Positions 27,224-37,029 of a stretch of 64,000 nt of DNA are shown piece after piece (position 1 is the first letter of the stretch; each line of letters opens with the position of its first letter). The stretch is from an uncultured Acidimicrobiia bacterium (lineage in GTDB: Bacteria > Actinomycetota > Acidimicrobiia > IMCC26256 > CAWATG01). The position numbers and the translations under genes were made by a program. The notes beneath the pieces are model-generated. The model was given only the letters and a program-made list of their open reading frames with translations, was not told the DNA's origin and made no database searches. The stretch lies in contig CAWATG010000015.1 of the NCBI GenBank assembly GCA_963785035.1, forward strand, positions 175,282 to 239,281. The letters are read 5' to 3'.

Positions 27224-28287
27224 GCCTTGGCACGTCGCCCGGTTGGCCGGGCATCATCGAGCAATATCGCGAGCACCTACCGGTCTCGTCGGACACGCCA
27301 GTCGTGACGCTCCTGGAGGGCAACACACCGCTCCTCGAGGCCACGAAGCTCACGAGCCGCCTCGGTGTTCGCGTGCTGCTCAAGATCGAAGGTGCAAACC
27401 CCACGGGTTCCTTCAAGGATCGTGGGATGACGATGGCGATCTCCAAGGCGGTGGAAGCCGGCGCCAAGGCGGTCGTGTGCGCATCAACAGGCAACACGTC
27501 CGCGTCGGCGGCAGCGTATGCCGCTCGCGCTGGTCTCGTCGCCGCTGTGCTCATTCCCGAGGGTCAGATTGCGCTCGGCAAGTTGGCGCAGGCGTTGATC
27601 CATGGGGCAAAGGTGCTGCAGATCCGCGGCAATTTCGACGAGGCGCTCGCCATCGTTCGTGTACTGGGTGAGCGGGGTGCGGTCACCGTCGTCAACTCGA
27701 TCAATCCTTTCCGTATCGAGGGTCAGAAGACCGCAGCCTTCGAGATTGTCGATCGACTTGGCGAGGCGCCCGACGTCCACTGCATTCCAGTCGGCAACGC
27801 GGGCAACATCTCTGCCTATTGGAAGGGATACAACGAATACCGCGCGCTCGGCCGGTCAACGCAACTTCCCAGGATGCTCGGCTGGCAGGCAGCGGGCGCT
27901 GCGCCGTTCGTCAGCGGGGCGCCGGTTGCGCATCCTGAGACGATCGCGACTGCGATTCGTATCGGAAACCCGGCGTCATGGGACACGGCGCTCGCTGCGC
28001 GCGACGACTCCGGCGGCGGGATCGACGCGGTGACCGACGAGGAGATCCTCGACGCATACCGACTTCTTGCGGTGCTCGAAGGATGTTTCGTCGAGCCGGC
28101 TTCGGCTGCATCGGTTGCGGGGCTGATGAAGGCGTGCCGAACGGATGTTGTCCGTCCCGGCGAGACCGTCGTGTGCACCGTCACCGGTCATGGTCTCAAG
28201 GATCCGCAGCGAGCTATCGCCGAGGTTGAGGTGGGCGAGGCGGTCGACGCCGATGAGCAGGTAGTCGCAGCGGCGCTCGGCCTCTGA
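27220..28287 (+). CDS. thrC: threonine synthase
   Basis: PLLEATKL...[15 protein letters not shown] (PLP Lys)...[15 protein letters not shown] motifs are present. The start overlaps the hom stop as ATGA. Confidence 0.9.
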   Translation: MSLGTSPGWPGIIEQYREHLPVSSDTPVVTLLEGNTPLLEATKLTSRLGVRVLLKIEGANPTGSFKDRGMTMAISKAVEAGAKAVVCASTGNTSASAAAYAARAGLVAAVLIPEGQIALGKLAQALIHGAKVLQIRGNFDEALAIVRVLGERGAVTVVNSINPFRIEGQKTAAFEIVDRLGEAPDVHCIPVGNAGNISAYWKGYNEYRALGRSTQLPRMLGWQAAGAAPFVSGAPVAHPETIATAIRIGNPASWDTALAARDDSGGGIDAVTDEEILDAYRLLAVLEGCFVEPASAASVAGLMKACRTDVVRPGETVVCTVTGHGLKDPQRAIAEVEVGEAVDADEQVVAAALGL

Positions 28288-28334
28288 CACTGCACGTTTG
28301 CGACGCTCCCGTGCGCCACTGCGGGATACGGTGC

Positions 28335-29620
28335 TTACGCGGGGTCGAAGCGGAAGATGGCGCCGGTCTGGGACAGCACGTAGAGCTCCCCAAAGCCGTC
28401 TTCCCCAAAGCTCCCCGGCGAGTCGACTGTGAGCCCAAGGGCTGAGGCTCGTTCGACCTCTTCCGTTCACGACGCGAATGGCTTCGATCTTGCCGTGGCA
28501 GAAATCCGAGAACAGGTACCACCCTCGCATCGCTGGAATCCGTGTGCCCCTGTACACGTAGCCACCCGTTATCGAACATCCGTTGGTGTCGCGGTGTGAG
28601 TACTCGTAGATCGGACCGACTGCGCCGTCTGGGGGCGTCGCCGGCAAAGCGATGTGATCCTTCGAACGCCGGCCACCCGTAGTTCGCGCCGCGTGATGTC
28701 GCGCCCGGCGAGAGGTTGATCTCCTCCCACTTGTCCTGGCCGACGTCGCTCATCCAGAGATCGCCTGTTTCGCGGTCAAAGGAGAAGCGCCACGGATTGC
28801 GTAGCCCATACGACCAGATCTCAGGTCTGCCGCCGCCGTGGGCAAAGGGGTTGTCAGTGGGAATCGTGTACGGCGAGGCGGCCGTGGGTTGTGGATCGAT
28901 GCGCAGGATCTTGCCGAGCAGCGTCTCGAGAGACTGACCATTGCCGCCCGCGACATGGCCGGAGCCGCGGTCGTTCGCACCGCCCCCGTCGCCGAGACCG
29001 ATGTACAACATGGCGTCCGGTCCGAACGCGAGCTGGCCGCCGTTGTGATTCGCCTGCGGCTGTTCAACCTCGAGCAGCGTGCGCGCAGTTGCGGGATCCA
29101 CGACACCGGTGCCGGTGATCTGGTATTCGACGACGCGGGTGTCGCCGGCGGTATCGGTGTAGTCCACGTAGAGCCGGGCGCCGTCGGGTGAGAACACGAT
29201 GCCCAGAAGCCCCTGCTCGAAGCCGTTGCTCACGAGCTTCGAGATGTCGAGGACGGCCGTCGAGACGAGCTTGCCGTCGCGGATTGCGAAAACCTTGCCG
29301 TCCTGTGCAGCGACATACAACGCGGGATCGTCTGCTCTGGTTGCGAGTGCTGTCACGCGTGGGACATCGACATCGAGGCGAGTCAGGACGAATGCTGTCC
29401 GAAGCGAATCCGCGTCGGCGCCGGCAGCCTGTGGCGGTGTGGGCGGGGCCGGGGTTCCGGGTGCGCCGGTTGTCGTGGTCGAACCGGCGGAGATCGTGGG
29501 AACAGTCGGCCGGTCCGCGGATTCGTCGTTGTCGCACGCGCCGAGCACGACCATCGAGACGAGGACCGTGCACATCGCTGAGACGAGGGAACCCGATGTT
29601 CGTCGGCCACGTCGCACCAT
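28335..29620 (-). pseudogene. PQQ-dependent sugar (glucose/sorbosone) dehydrogenase-like lipoprotein, two frameshifts
   Basis: The signal and lipobox read MVRRGRR...VVLGAC. Beta-propeller blocks follow (GLLGIVFSPDG, NHNGGQLAFGPDAMLYIGLGDGG, GKILRIDP, EIWSYGLRNPWRFSFD, ANYGWPAFEG). The protein continues in a second frame (DGAVGPIYEYSH..GCSITGGYVYRG) and a third (SFGEDGFGELYVLSQTGAIFRFDPA*). The shifts are at the G5 run 28631-28635 and at 28461-28462. Confidence 0.8.
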
Positions 29621-29719
29621 GGGCCGACCATACACAGAGCAACCGGTCCTTTTGCAGGCAGGTCGCATCCGAGCGCAAATGCGGAGGCTTCGGCGGAGGT
29701 GCGCGAGTACCTTGGGACC

Positions 29720-30884
29720 ATGAAGTATGTCGTCTTGGTCCCTGATGGGTGTGCCGATGAGCCCCTCGCCGTTCTGGACGGACGGACCCCGCTCGAAGTC
29801 GCGGCCATGCCCAATCTCGCGCGACTGGCGCAATCGGGCGAGGTGGGTCGCGCCGCGGTCATTCCCGAAGGTCTCCCACCGGGAAGCGACGTGGGCAACA
29901 TGGCGATCCTGGGGTACGACCCGGTGGAGTTCCATACCGGCCGCGCTCCGATCGAAGCCGCAGCGATGGGCGTAGAACTGGGACCCGACGAAGTCGCATT
30001 CCGCTGCAATCTCGTGACCGTGTCTGCCGACGGCACGATGGTGGATTTCGCCGCCGGTCACATCACCAGCGAGCAGAGCGGTCCGATCATCGCAGCGCTC
30101 GACGCCGAACTCGGCGGCGGTCGTGATGGTGTCCGGTTCCACGCGGGCGTGGAGTACCGGCATCTTGTCGTCGTTCCAAAGGAATGGGCCAGCGCGGATT
30201 GTGTGCCGCCGCATGACCTGACCGGCCGTCAGGCAGTCCTGCCGCAAGGCGATGCCGGTGAACGGCTGATCGCCTTGATGGAAGCGTCGAAGCCGGTGGT
30301 GCAAGGAGCGAGCGCGCTGAACGGCTCGAAGGCAACGCAGATCTGGCTTTGGGGCCAAGGCGTCCGCCCGCAGATGCAACCGTTCGAGAAGCGATTCGGG
30401 GTTAGCAGGTCGTCTCAGTTCCGCGGTCGACTTGGTGCGTGGGCTTGGGGTGCTCACTGGAATCGATGTGGTGGACGTCCCAGGTGCGACCGCCGGTTTC
30501 GACAATGACTACGTGGCGCAGACCGATGCCGCCATCGCAAGTCTGCGCGATCGCGACTTCTTCCTGTTGCACGTTGAGGCGACCGACGAGGCGGGTCACC
30601 AGGGTCTGGTCGACGTGAAGATCGCTGCGCTGGAATCCTGGGACCGTGAGGTCATTGGACCGCTTGTCGCGGCGCTCGAAACCACGGGGCCGTTTCGAGT
30701 CCTGCTCTTGCCGGACCATGCGACGCCGTGCGCTTTGATGACGCATACCAGCGATCCGGTGCCGTACCTCCTCTTCGACTCTGAGGTTCCTGGTCGCGGC
30801 GGCCACTACACGGAGGTGGCCACCCGAGACAGCGTTGTCGTTCCGGCCCATGAGCTGATGTCGCGGTTGCTCGCACCTGTATAA
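29720..30884 (+). pseudogene. ApgM-type metalloenzyme (cofactor-independent phosphoglycerate mutase homologue; proposed non-canonical homoserine kinase), frameshifted
   Basis: MKYVVLVPDGCADEP...PNLARLA...PPGSDVGNMAILGYDP..YHTGRAPIEAAAMG...AFRCNLVTV are in one frame. AVDLVRGLG...LLHVEATDEAGHQG...LLPDHATP are in the next. The shift is at the GGGG run 30398-30401. The gene occupies the slot where thrB normally sits (thrC..rho). Confidence 0.8.
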
Positions 30885-31508
30885 GGAGCTTCGGGGTTCA
30901 GGAAGGGCGAATTCGTCTCTTCGCCCGAAAATTCTTTCAGATTCTGCGGGTCTGCCTATTTGGTCGACCATCGAAAATGCCGTTACACTTCTCGGACGTC
31001 CCTTCGTCGCTCCCGGAGTCGTTCTGGAAGCGCTGGGATTTTCCGAGTCACATCCCGTACCCGGGCGTCGCCCAGAGTTTTGGGTGCGAATGCTCGAGAC
31101 TTGTTCTCCGATCTCGCTGGTCTTCGCGGCTCGCGCTACGACCACCAACGCGATCTCGGTACGGTCCCCATCTCTCGTGCCCTGCGGATGTGCGGGCGAA
31201 TCTTCTTGAGAGCTGTATGACCTCGACATTCACTCCAGCAAATGTTTGCTTGGTTGCCGACACCACCGACCTTCGGCATGTCATGATGGGCGAATTCGGT
31301 GCGCCGAAGCGCACAACGAGCCTGGCACCGTTGCTCAACCTTCTTGCCGGCGCCACGAACGGGTCTGAAGGCTCGGCCGGGGGCGGTACGCCGGTACCAG
31401 TGTCGTCGCACAACACCGTCTCGTCGCACAACACCGTGTTTTGTCAACCGGTCTCGCGTAGCGATGCTCGCGGGACCTCCGAGTTTTTGAGCTCACAAGG
31501 GGATATCG
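30885..31508 (+). promoter_or_regulatory. long 5' leader / promoter region of rho (candidate autoregulatory attenuator)
   Basis: This is 624 nt with no credible CDS. By eye it has lower GC than its flanks and C-rich/G-poor stretches. It contains an 18-nt tandem repeat. Confidence 0.35.
31403..31438 (+). repeat. 18-nt tandem direct repeat x2 in the rho leader
   Basis: tcgtcgcacaacaccgt occurs at 31403-31419 and again at 31421-31437 (period 18, 17/18 identical). Confidence 0.9.
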
Positions 31509-33413
31509 ATGATGGGTGGTTCTACGGGCCAGCTCGAGCGTTCGAAGCTCGAAGGCAAGGACCGCGAGGAGCTTCATGCCATCGCTGGCGCCATTGGATT
31601 GCGGGGGATCACACGTCTCAAGAAGTCGGACCTCGTCGATGCCATTCTTGGTGCCACCGGCGGCGGATCGGACGGGACGGCGGAAGCCGCTCGTGTGCGA
31701 CCCAAGCGTGTTCGCTCGACGAAGGCGGCCGACGACGATCCAATAGCGTCGGTGCTCGCCGAGGAGGAGGCGCTCACAGCGCGTACGTCGACCACGGTTG
31801 CAGACGACGAGGTGTTGCCCATCCGTCCTGTTCGGAGCCGGTCGGCGAGCAGGGATGTCAGACCCGGCGCCCGCGACCAATGGCGAAAGTCCCGTCTCGT
31901 CGCAAGTGTCGTCGTCCTCATCCTCCGTTGCAGGGCCGACCGCGATGGAGAGCGCCTCAACCGAGAGCACCTCAACCGAGAGCACCTCAACCGGAGACCG
32001 CTTCGCAAGGGACCGTGCAACCGAGAGCACATCGGAGACGGAGGGGGGAGCACGTCCACCTCGACGTCGGATTCTCGGCGCAGTGGACGTGATGCATCCG
32101 GGCCACGCGACTCCGGACAATCACGGAATTCGCAGGCCCAAGGAGATCCGGGAACGTCCCAAGGTCTTGACGGCTCCCGCCGCCCACGTCGTCGCCGCGG
32201 TCGGAACCGTGACCGTAATGAGCGCGGGTACGAAGGTGTCAACGAGCCTCGTGGTGGCGAGTCTCGTGGTGGTGAGGTCAACGTTGCCGAGCCAGTCGAC
32301 GTACAGGGTCTCGTCGACCTGCGCGACGAGGGCTACGGGTTCTTGCGTTCGACGGGCTACCTTCCTGGTCGCGACGATGCCTACATTTCGGCGTCGCAGG
32401 TCCGGAGATTCGCTCTGCGCAAGGGTGATGTGATCAAGGGGACTGCGCGTCCGGCTGCAAGCAATGAGAAGTATCCGGCGTTGTTGCGAGTCGACGAGAT
32501 CAACGGCGTGTCGCCGGACGATGCCCGCGATCGCCCGAGGTTCGCAGATCTCACGCCGCTGTTTCCCGACTCGAAACTCAAGTTGGAGTTGACGTCCGAG
32601 CCTCTCAACATCACGGGCCGCATCGTCGACCTCGTAGCGCCGATCGGTAAGGGTCAACGTGGGCTCATCGTGTCGCCACCGAAGGCGGGTAAGACCACGA
32701 TCCTCAAGCAGCTGGTGTACGCGATCGAGCGCAACAACCCCGAGGTGCACCTCATGGTGCTCCTCGTCGACGAGCGTCCAGAAGAGGTCACGGACATGCG
32801 TCGCCACGTGCTGCGCGGCGAAGTCATCGCAAGCACATTCGACCGTCCGTCGGAAGAACACACGCAGGTCGCCGAGCTCACGATCGAACGCGCCAAGCGA
32901 TTTGTCGAGATGGGTATCGATGTCGTCATCGTCCTTGACGGCATCACACGTCTCGCTCGTGCCTACAACCTGGCCCAACCCGCTTCGGGACGTGTCATGT
33001 CCGGAGGTGTCGACTCGACAGCGTTGTACCCACCGAAGCGATTCTTCGGAGCGGCGCGCAACATCGAGGAGGGTGGTTCGTTGACGATCATTGCGACGGC
33101 TCTGATCGACACGGGTAGCCGGATGGACGAGGTGATCTTCGAGGAGTTCAAGGGAACGGGCAACATGGAGCTGCGCCTCGATCGGCGTCTCGCCGAGCGT
33201 CGGATCTACCCGGCGATCGACGTTGAGCAGTCCAGCACCCGCCATGAGGAATTGCTGTTCGACCGGAGTGGCCTGCAGCAGGTGTGGAAGCTTCGCCGGG
33301 TGCTCAACGCCCTCGAGGGTGGTGCCGGACTGGAGCTGCTGATCGACAAGATCCGCACAACCAAGAGCAACGACGAGTTTCTCGCCGAGATCGCCAAGAC
33401 GCCCGGTGGCTGA
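31509..33413 (+). CDS. rho: transcription termination factor Rho with an actinobacterial-type Arg/Asp/Gly/Ser-rich insertion
   Basis: It has an N-terminal Rho_N helix-hairpin ([34 protein letters not shown]) and a ~230-aa low-complexity insertion. A cold-shock-like RNA-binding domain follows ([14 protein letters not shown]). The RecA-type ATPase has [19 protein letters not shown] and [20 protein letters not shown]. Confidence 0.9.
   Translation: MMGGSTGQLERSKLEGKDREELHAIAGAIGLRGITRLKKSDLVDAILGATGGGSDGTAEAARVRPKRVRSTKAADDDPIASVLAEEEALTARTSTTVADDEVLPIRPVRSRSASRDVRPGARDQWRKSRLVASVVVLILRCRADRDGERLNREHLNREHLNRRPLRKGPCNREHIGDGGGSTSTSTSDSRRSGRDASGPRDSGQSRNSQAQGDPGTSQGLDGSRRPRRRRGRNRDRNERGYEGVNEPRGGESRGGEVNVAEPVDVQGLVDLRDEGYGFLRSTGYLPGRDDAYISASQVRRFALRKGDVIKGTARPAASNEKYPALLRVDEINGVSPDDARDRPRFADLTPLFPDSKLKLELTSEPLNITGRIVDLVAPIGKGQRGLIVSPPKAGKTTILKQLVYAIERNNPEVHLMVLLVDERPEEVTDMRRHVLRGEVIASTFDRPSEEHTQVAELTIERAKRFVEMGIDVVIVLDGITRLARAYNLAQPASGRVMSGGVDSTALYPPKRFFGAARNIEEGGSLTIIATALIDTGSRMDEVIFEEFKGTGNMELRLDRRLAERRIYPAIDVEQSSTRHEELLFDRSGLQQVWKLRRVLNALEGGAGLELLIDKIRTTKSNDEFLAEIAKTPGG
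31951..31995 (+). repeat. 15-nt tandem repeat x3 inside the rho insertion region
   Basis: agcgcctcaaccgag / agcacctcaaccgag / agcacctcaaccgga. In the rho frame this encodes (E/R)(H/L)LNR repeats. Confidence 0.9.
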
Positions 33414-33454
33414 CTCTCCGTCTTCGCCGATAAACCGGTAGACTGAGCAGAACT

Positions 33455-33685
33455 ATGAAGACTGACATTCACCCCAAGTACGACCTCTGCTCCATCAAGT
33501 GCTCGTGTGGCAACGTTTTCACGACGCGCTCGACGGTTTCGGAATTGCAGGTCGAGCTCTGCTCCGAGTGCCACCCTTTCTACACGGGCAAGCAGAAGCT
33601 GGTCGACACCGGTGGCCGAGTCGAGCGTTTCCAACGTCGTTACGCGAAGCCGACCGCCAAGACCGCCAAGTCCAAGAAGTCCTAG
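33455..33685 (+). CDS. rpmE: 50S ribosomal protein L31 (type A, Cys-containing)
   Basis: MKTDIHPKY...CSCGN...[26 protein letters not shown]. Confidence 0.95.
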   Translation: MKTDIHPKYDLCSIKCSCGNVFTTRSTVSELQVELCSECHPFYTGKQKLVDTGGRVERFQRRYAKPTAKTAKSKKS

Positions 33686-33702
33686 AGGGCTCGGAGACCG
33701 TC

Positions 33703-34617
33703 ATGCCAAGACAGCCGGCCCCACGCTTCATGGGTGGCCAGGCCGTCATGGAGGGCGTGATGATGCGGGGTTCTGCATCGTGGGCTGTCGCCGTACGCAC
33801 CCTTGATGGCGATGTCGAGGTCATGGTACGCGAGGCGCCGAGCTGGGCTGAGCGTTTCGTCCATGTGCCATTCGTGCGTGGCGTGATGACCTTGGTCGAA
33901 TCGTTGAGCTTGGGTTTCCAAGCACTCACGTGGTCTGCGAACCAGCAAATCCCCGACGAGGAGCAGGTGTCGCCTGGCGCGCTGCGCTGGACCATGGGCG
34001 TTGCGATGGCCCTGTTCTCGGGTTTGTTCTTGGTGTTGCCTGCTCTGGCGATTCGCCGAGCTGACTCCTTCATCGGTTTCGGCGGTGTCTGGGCCCACGT
34101 TGCCGAAGGCGCTTTGCGGCTGGGTTTTTTCCTCGGCTACATCGTGTTGATCGGTCGAATGAAGGACATCAAGCGTGTGTTCCAATATCACGGCGCGGAG
34201 CACAAGACGATCGCTGCGTACGAGAACGAGGTGCCGTTGACACCCGAGTCGGCACAGCGGTTCACGACCGAGCATGTGCGATGCGGAACCAACTTCATGC
34301 TGACGGTGATGCTCGTCGCGGTGGTTGTCTACACGGTCTTCGGTCGGCCTTCCTTGCCGATGTTGATCCTTTCGCGAGTCGTCATGCTCCCGGTGATAGC
34401 CGGTGTGAGCTACGAGATCATCCGTTTCGCTGCCGGACATCTGCGCTGGGCGTGGGTACGGATTCTCATGAAGCCGGGCTTGTCATTGCAGCGCCTCACC
34501 ACTCGGGAACCTTCGCTTGACCAGCTCGAAGTCGCGATTGCTTCATTGCGCGCGGTCCTCGACGCCGACCAACTCCGCGAAATCGATGCGCGCGTCGGTC
34601 AACCCATGAATGTTTGA
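33703..34617 (+). CDS. DUF1385 (YqhQ-like) membrane protein
   Basis: [13 protein letters not shown]...[11 protein letters not shown]...[11 protein letters not shown] are DUF1385 hallmarks. The position between rpmE and prfA is typical. I start at the ATG at 33703. Confidence 0.8.
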   Translation: MPRQPAPRFMGGQAVMEGVMMRGSASWAVAVRTLDGDVEVMVREAPSWAERFVHVPFVRGVMTLVESLSLGFQALTWSANQQIPDEEQVSPGALRWTMGVAMALFSGLFLVLPALAIRRADSFIGFGGVWAHVAEGALRLGFFLGYIVLIGRMKDIKRVFQYHGAEHKTIAAYENEVPLTPESAQRFTTEHVRCGTNFMLTVMLVAVVVYTVFGRPSLPMLILSRVVMLPVIAGVSYEIIRFAAGHLRWAWVRILMKPGLSLQRLTTREPSLDQLEVAIASLRAVLDADQLREIDARVGQPMNV

Positions 34618-35680
34618 ACATCTTGCCGACCTCGAGGTCGAGCTGGAGCAACTCGAGTCGCAACTGTCGGCGATCTACTCATCTGGTGACCAAGCAGCGG
34701 CACGTGATGCGGGACGTCGCCATGCCGAGCTCAAGCCGGTAGTCGAAGCGTTTGCGCTGTACCGAGCCGCCGAATCGGACCTAGCCGACGCTCGTGAGCT
34801 TGCGGAGACCGAAGGTGATGTCGCTGCCCGCGAGCAGTGGCGCGCGGAGGCCGAAAGCCTCGAGACGAAGATTGCCGGCCTGGCAACAAAGATCTCCGAG
34901 TTGCTGATCCCGAGTGATCCGAACGATGGAAAGAACGTCATCGTCGAGATTCGCGGCGCCGTCGGTGGCGACGAAGCCAACATTTGGGCCGGTGATCTGT
35001 TCCGGATGTACCAGCGTTACGCCGAGGAACACGGCTGGAAGATCGAGATCCTTTCCAGCCAGCCGGCCGACCTCGGCGGCTTTCGTGACCTGACCTTCGT
35101 GGTCAAAGGGGCGGACGCGTGGTCGCGGATGAAGTATGAAGCCGGGCCACACCGGGTGCAGCGCGTTCCGGCGACCGAGAGTCAGGGCCGCGTGCATACG
35201 AGCGCAGCAACCGTTGCGGTGCTGCCCGAGGCCGAGGAGGTCGATGTTGCTCTCGACCCGAATGACCTCGAGTTCGATGTGTACCGATCGAGCGGGCCTG
35301 GCGGACAGTCTGTGAACACGACCGACTCTGCCGTGCGCATCACCCACAAGCCGTCGGGATTGGTGGTGACCTGCCAGGACGAGAAGAGTCAACTTCAGAA
35401 CAAGGAGAAGGGACTGCGGATCCTGCGGTCGCGGTTGTTGCAGATGGAACACGATCGTCGCAACAACGAACTCTCCGCCGCCCGTCGCGAGCAGGTCAAG
35501 AGCGGTGACCGTTCGGACAAGATCCGTACGTACAACTACAAGGACAGTCGTGTGACCGACCATCGCATTGGTTTGACGGTGCATGGTTTGTCCCAAGTGC
35601 TCGAAGGCCAACTCGACGAGATCGTCGATGCGCTCGCAGCGGCCGAACGAACCGAACAGCTGGGCGCGAGCGACGCGTGA
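34610..35680 (+). CDS. prfA: peptide chain release factor 1
   Basis: It has the PAT-type recognition motif ([15 protein letters not shown]) and [23 protein letters not shown] (GGQ). Confidence 0.95.
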   Translation: MFEHLADLEVELEQLESQLSAIYSSGDQAAARDAGRRHAELKPVVEAFALYRAAESDLADARELAETEGDVAAREQWRAEAESLETKIAGLATKISELLIPSDPNDGKNVIVEIRGAVGGDEANIWAGDLFRMYQRYAEEHGWKIEILSSQPADLGGFRDLTFVVKGADAWSRMKYEAGPHRVQRVPATESQGRVHTSAATVAVLPEAEEVDVALDPNDLEFDVYRSSGPGGQSVNTTDSAVRITHKPSGLVVTCQDEKSQLQNKEKGLRILRSRLLQMEHDRRNNELSAARREQVKSGDRSDKIRTYNYKDSRVTDHRIGLTVHGLSQVLEGQLDEIVDALAAAERTEQLGASDA

Positions 35681-36585
35681 GTGATCGAAGTTGGCGTGCG
35701 CTCCTCATCGAGGTGGAGGCTGCGCTGCGCGATGCCGGCTTTGAGTCCGCACAGGCCGAGGCACAATGGTTGTTGCAAAGGGTCTCGGGTTACGGTCCGG
35801 TTGAACTCGCGTGTGAGGGAGATGAGAGCGCCACTGAGGTCGCGCTCGCGCACCTGAACCGGATGGTTGACGAGCGTCGTGCGGGCAGGCCGTTGCAGTA
35901 CGTCCTTGGAATGTGGTCCTTTCGTGGGCTCGACCTTTTCGTCGACTCGCGCGTGTTGGTGCCGCGACCTGAGACCGAGATCGTTGCCGGTTATGCCATC
36001 GATGAATTGGTCCGGCAGCGTCGCACCTTTCGGGCTCAGCGCGAATCGCGAGATGGGGCCCGGTCGTTGATGGCGGCAGACCTCGGGACGGGCTCGGGTG
36101 CGATTGCCCTCGCGCTGGCACATGAGGTCGATCGGGTTGAAGTTTGGGCAACGGATGTCTCCGAGGCTGCGCTGGCCGTCGCGCGATCGAACGTCGCCGG
36201 CATGGGTTCGGTCGCGACGCGGATCCGGCTCGCTCAGGGTTCATGGTTCGACGCGCTTCCGGGCGAGCTCCGTGGTCGGCTCGATCTCGTGGTGTCGAAC
36301 CCGCCGTACATCGCCGAGACCGAGGCGATTGATTTACCCAGCGATGTGCTCGACCACGAGCCGCATCTTGCGCTGTTCAGTGGACCAACGGGTCTCGACG
36401 CGTTGAGAGCGATTGTCGCCGGTGCGGGTGCGTGGTTGGCGCCCGGCGGATCCCTGGTCTGCGAACTTGCACCGCATCAGGGTGACACGGTGCGGCAGTT
36501 GGCCGTCGAGCACGGCTTCCCGGATGCGGTGATCCGTGTCGATCTGACCGGGCGCGATCGTGTCCTGGTCGCGCGCCGAAACTAA
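35677..36585 (+). CDS. prmC: release factor glutamine N5-methyltransferase
   Basis: RPLQYVLG...VLVPRPETE...[12 protein letters not shown]...VSNPPYI motifs are present. The start overlaps the prfA stop as GTGA. Confidence 0.9.
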   Translation: MSDRSWRALLIEVEAALRDAGFESAQAEAQWLLQRVSGYGPVELACEGDESATEVALAHLNRMVDERRAGRPLQYVLGMWSFRGLDLFVDSRVLVPRPETEIVAGYAIDELVRQRRTFRAQRESRDGARSLMAADLGTGSGAIALALAHEVDRVEVWATDVSEAALAVARSNVAGMGSVATRIRLAQGSWFDALPGELRGRLDLVVSNPPYIAETEAIDLPSDVLDHEPHLALFSGPTGLDALRAIVAGAGAWLAPGGSLVCELAPHQGDTVRQLAVEHGFPDAVIRVDLTGRDRVLVARRN

Positions 36586-36591
36586 GCCCGC

Positions 36592-37029
36592 TCAGTCGTC
36601 GGCGTTCCCGACATTCATACGTTGCAACAATGCGTGGTCGATGGCCATCCAAATGGTCTTGGAGAACGGGTAGAACACGACCGGTCCGAACAAGCCGATG
36701 GGGAGTAGCAGCCCCATGATCAGTGCAACCGGGATGTCGGGCACCGTCAGGACGATTGCAGTTACCAGGACCAGGGTCATCAGGCCGCCCGAACCGATGA
36801 TGTTGATCGCCAGAGCGCCGGTGAAGTATCCCGCCTCACGCTCGAAGTGCAATCCGCATCCGGGGCAGTCTTCGCGTAGGAACAGGTAGCGACGGAAAAT
36901 ATGGCGGCTGCCGCAACGTGGGCAGGCGAGGGTGCTTCCCCACCACAGGATCCGTCCAGCCGACTGTTTGACTGTGCTCATTGTGTCCAATGCTGGTCGA
37001 GGCCATCGTCCAATGCCGAATAGTGTCAC
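36592..37029 (-). CDS. DUF983 family membrane protein
   Basis: CPRCGSRHIF...CPGCGLHFEREAGYFTGALAINI plus two TM helices. The GTG at 37029 overlaps the stop of the upstream nuclease gene (GTGA). The ATG at 36981 is an alternative start. Confidence 0.7.
   Translation of the reverse strand: MTLFGIGRWPRPALDTMSTVKQSAGRILWWGSTLACPRCGSRHIFRRYLFLREDCPGCGLHFEREAGYFTGALAINIIGSGGLMTLVLVTAIVLTVPDIPVALIMGLLLPIGLFGPVVFYPFSKTIWMAIDHALLQRMNVGNADD

Noticed and set aside
28214-30505. A 763-aa minus-strand ORF that looks like one large gene.
   Set aside because: It is a composite. Its middle is the PQQ-type dehydrogenase in frame. Its 5' part is antisense to the ApgM-like gene, and its 3' part is out-of-frame read-through overlapping thrC. 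It is not a real single CDS.
30977-32092. A 371-aa plus-strand ORF spanning the rho leader and the 5' part of rho.
   Set aside because: It is out of frame with the clearly identified Rho N-terminal domain. It has Arg/Pro/Ser-rich junk composition and no start context. It is treated as non-coding leader plus an alternative frame of rho.
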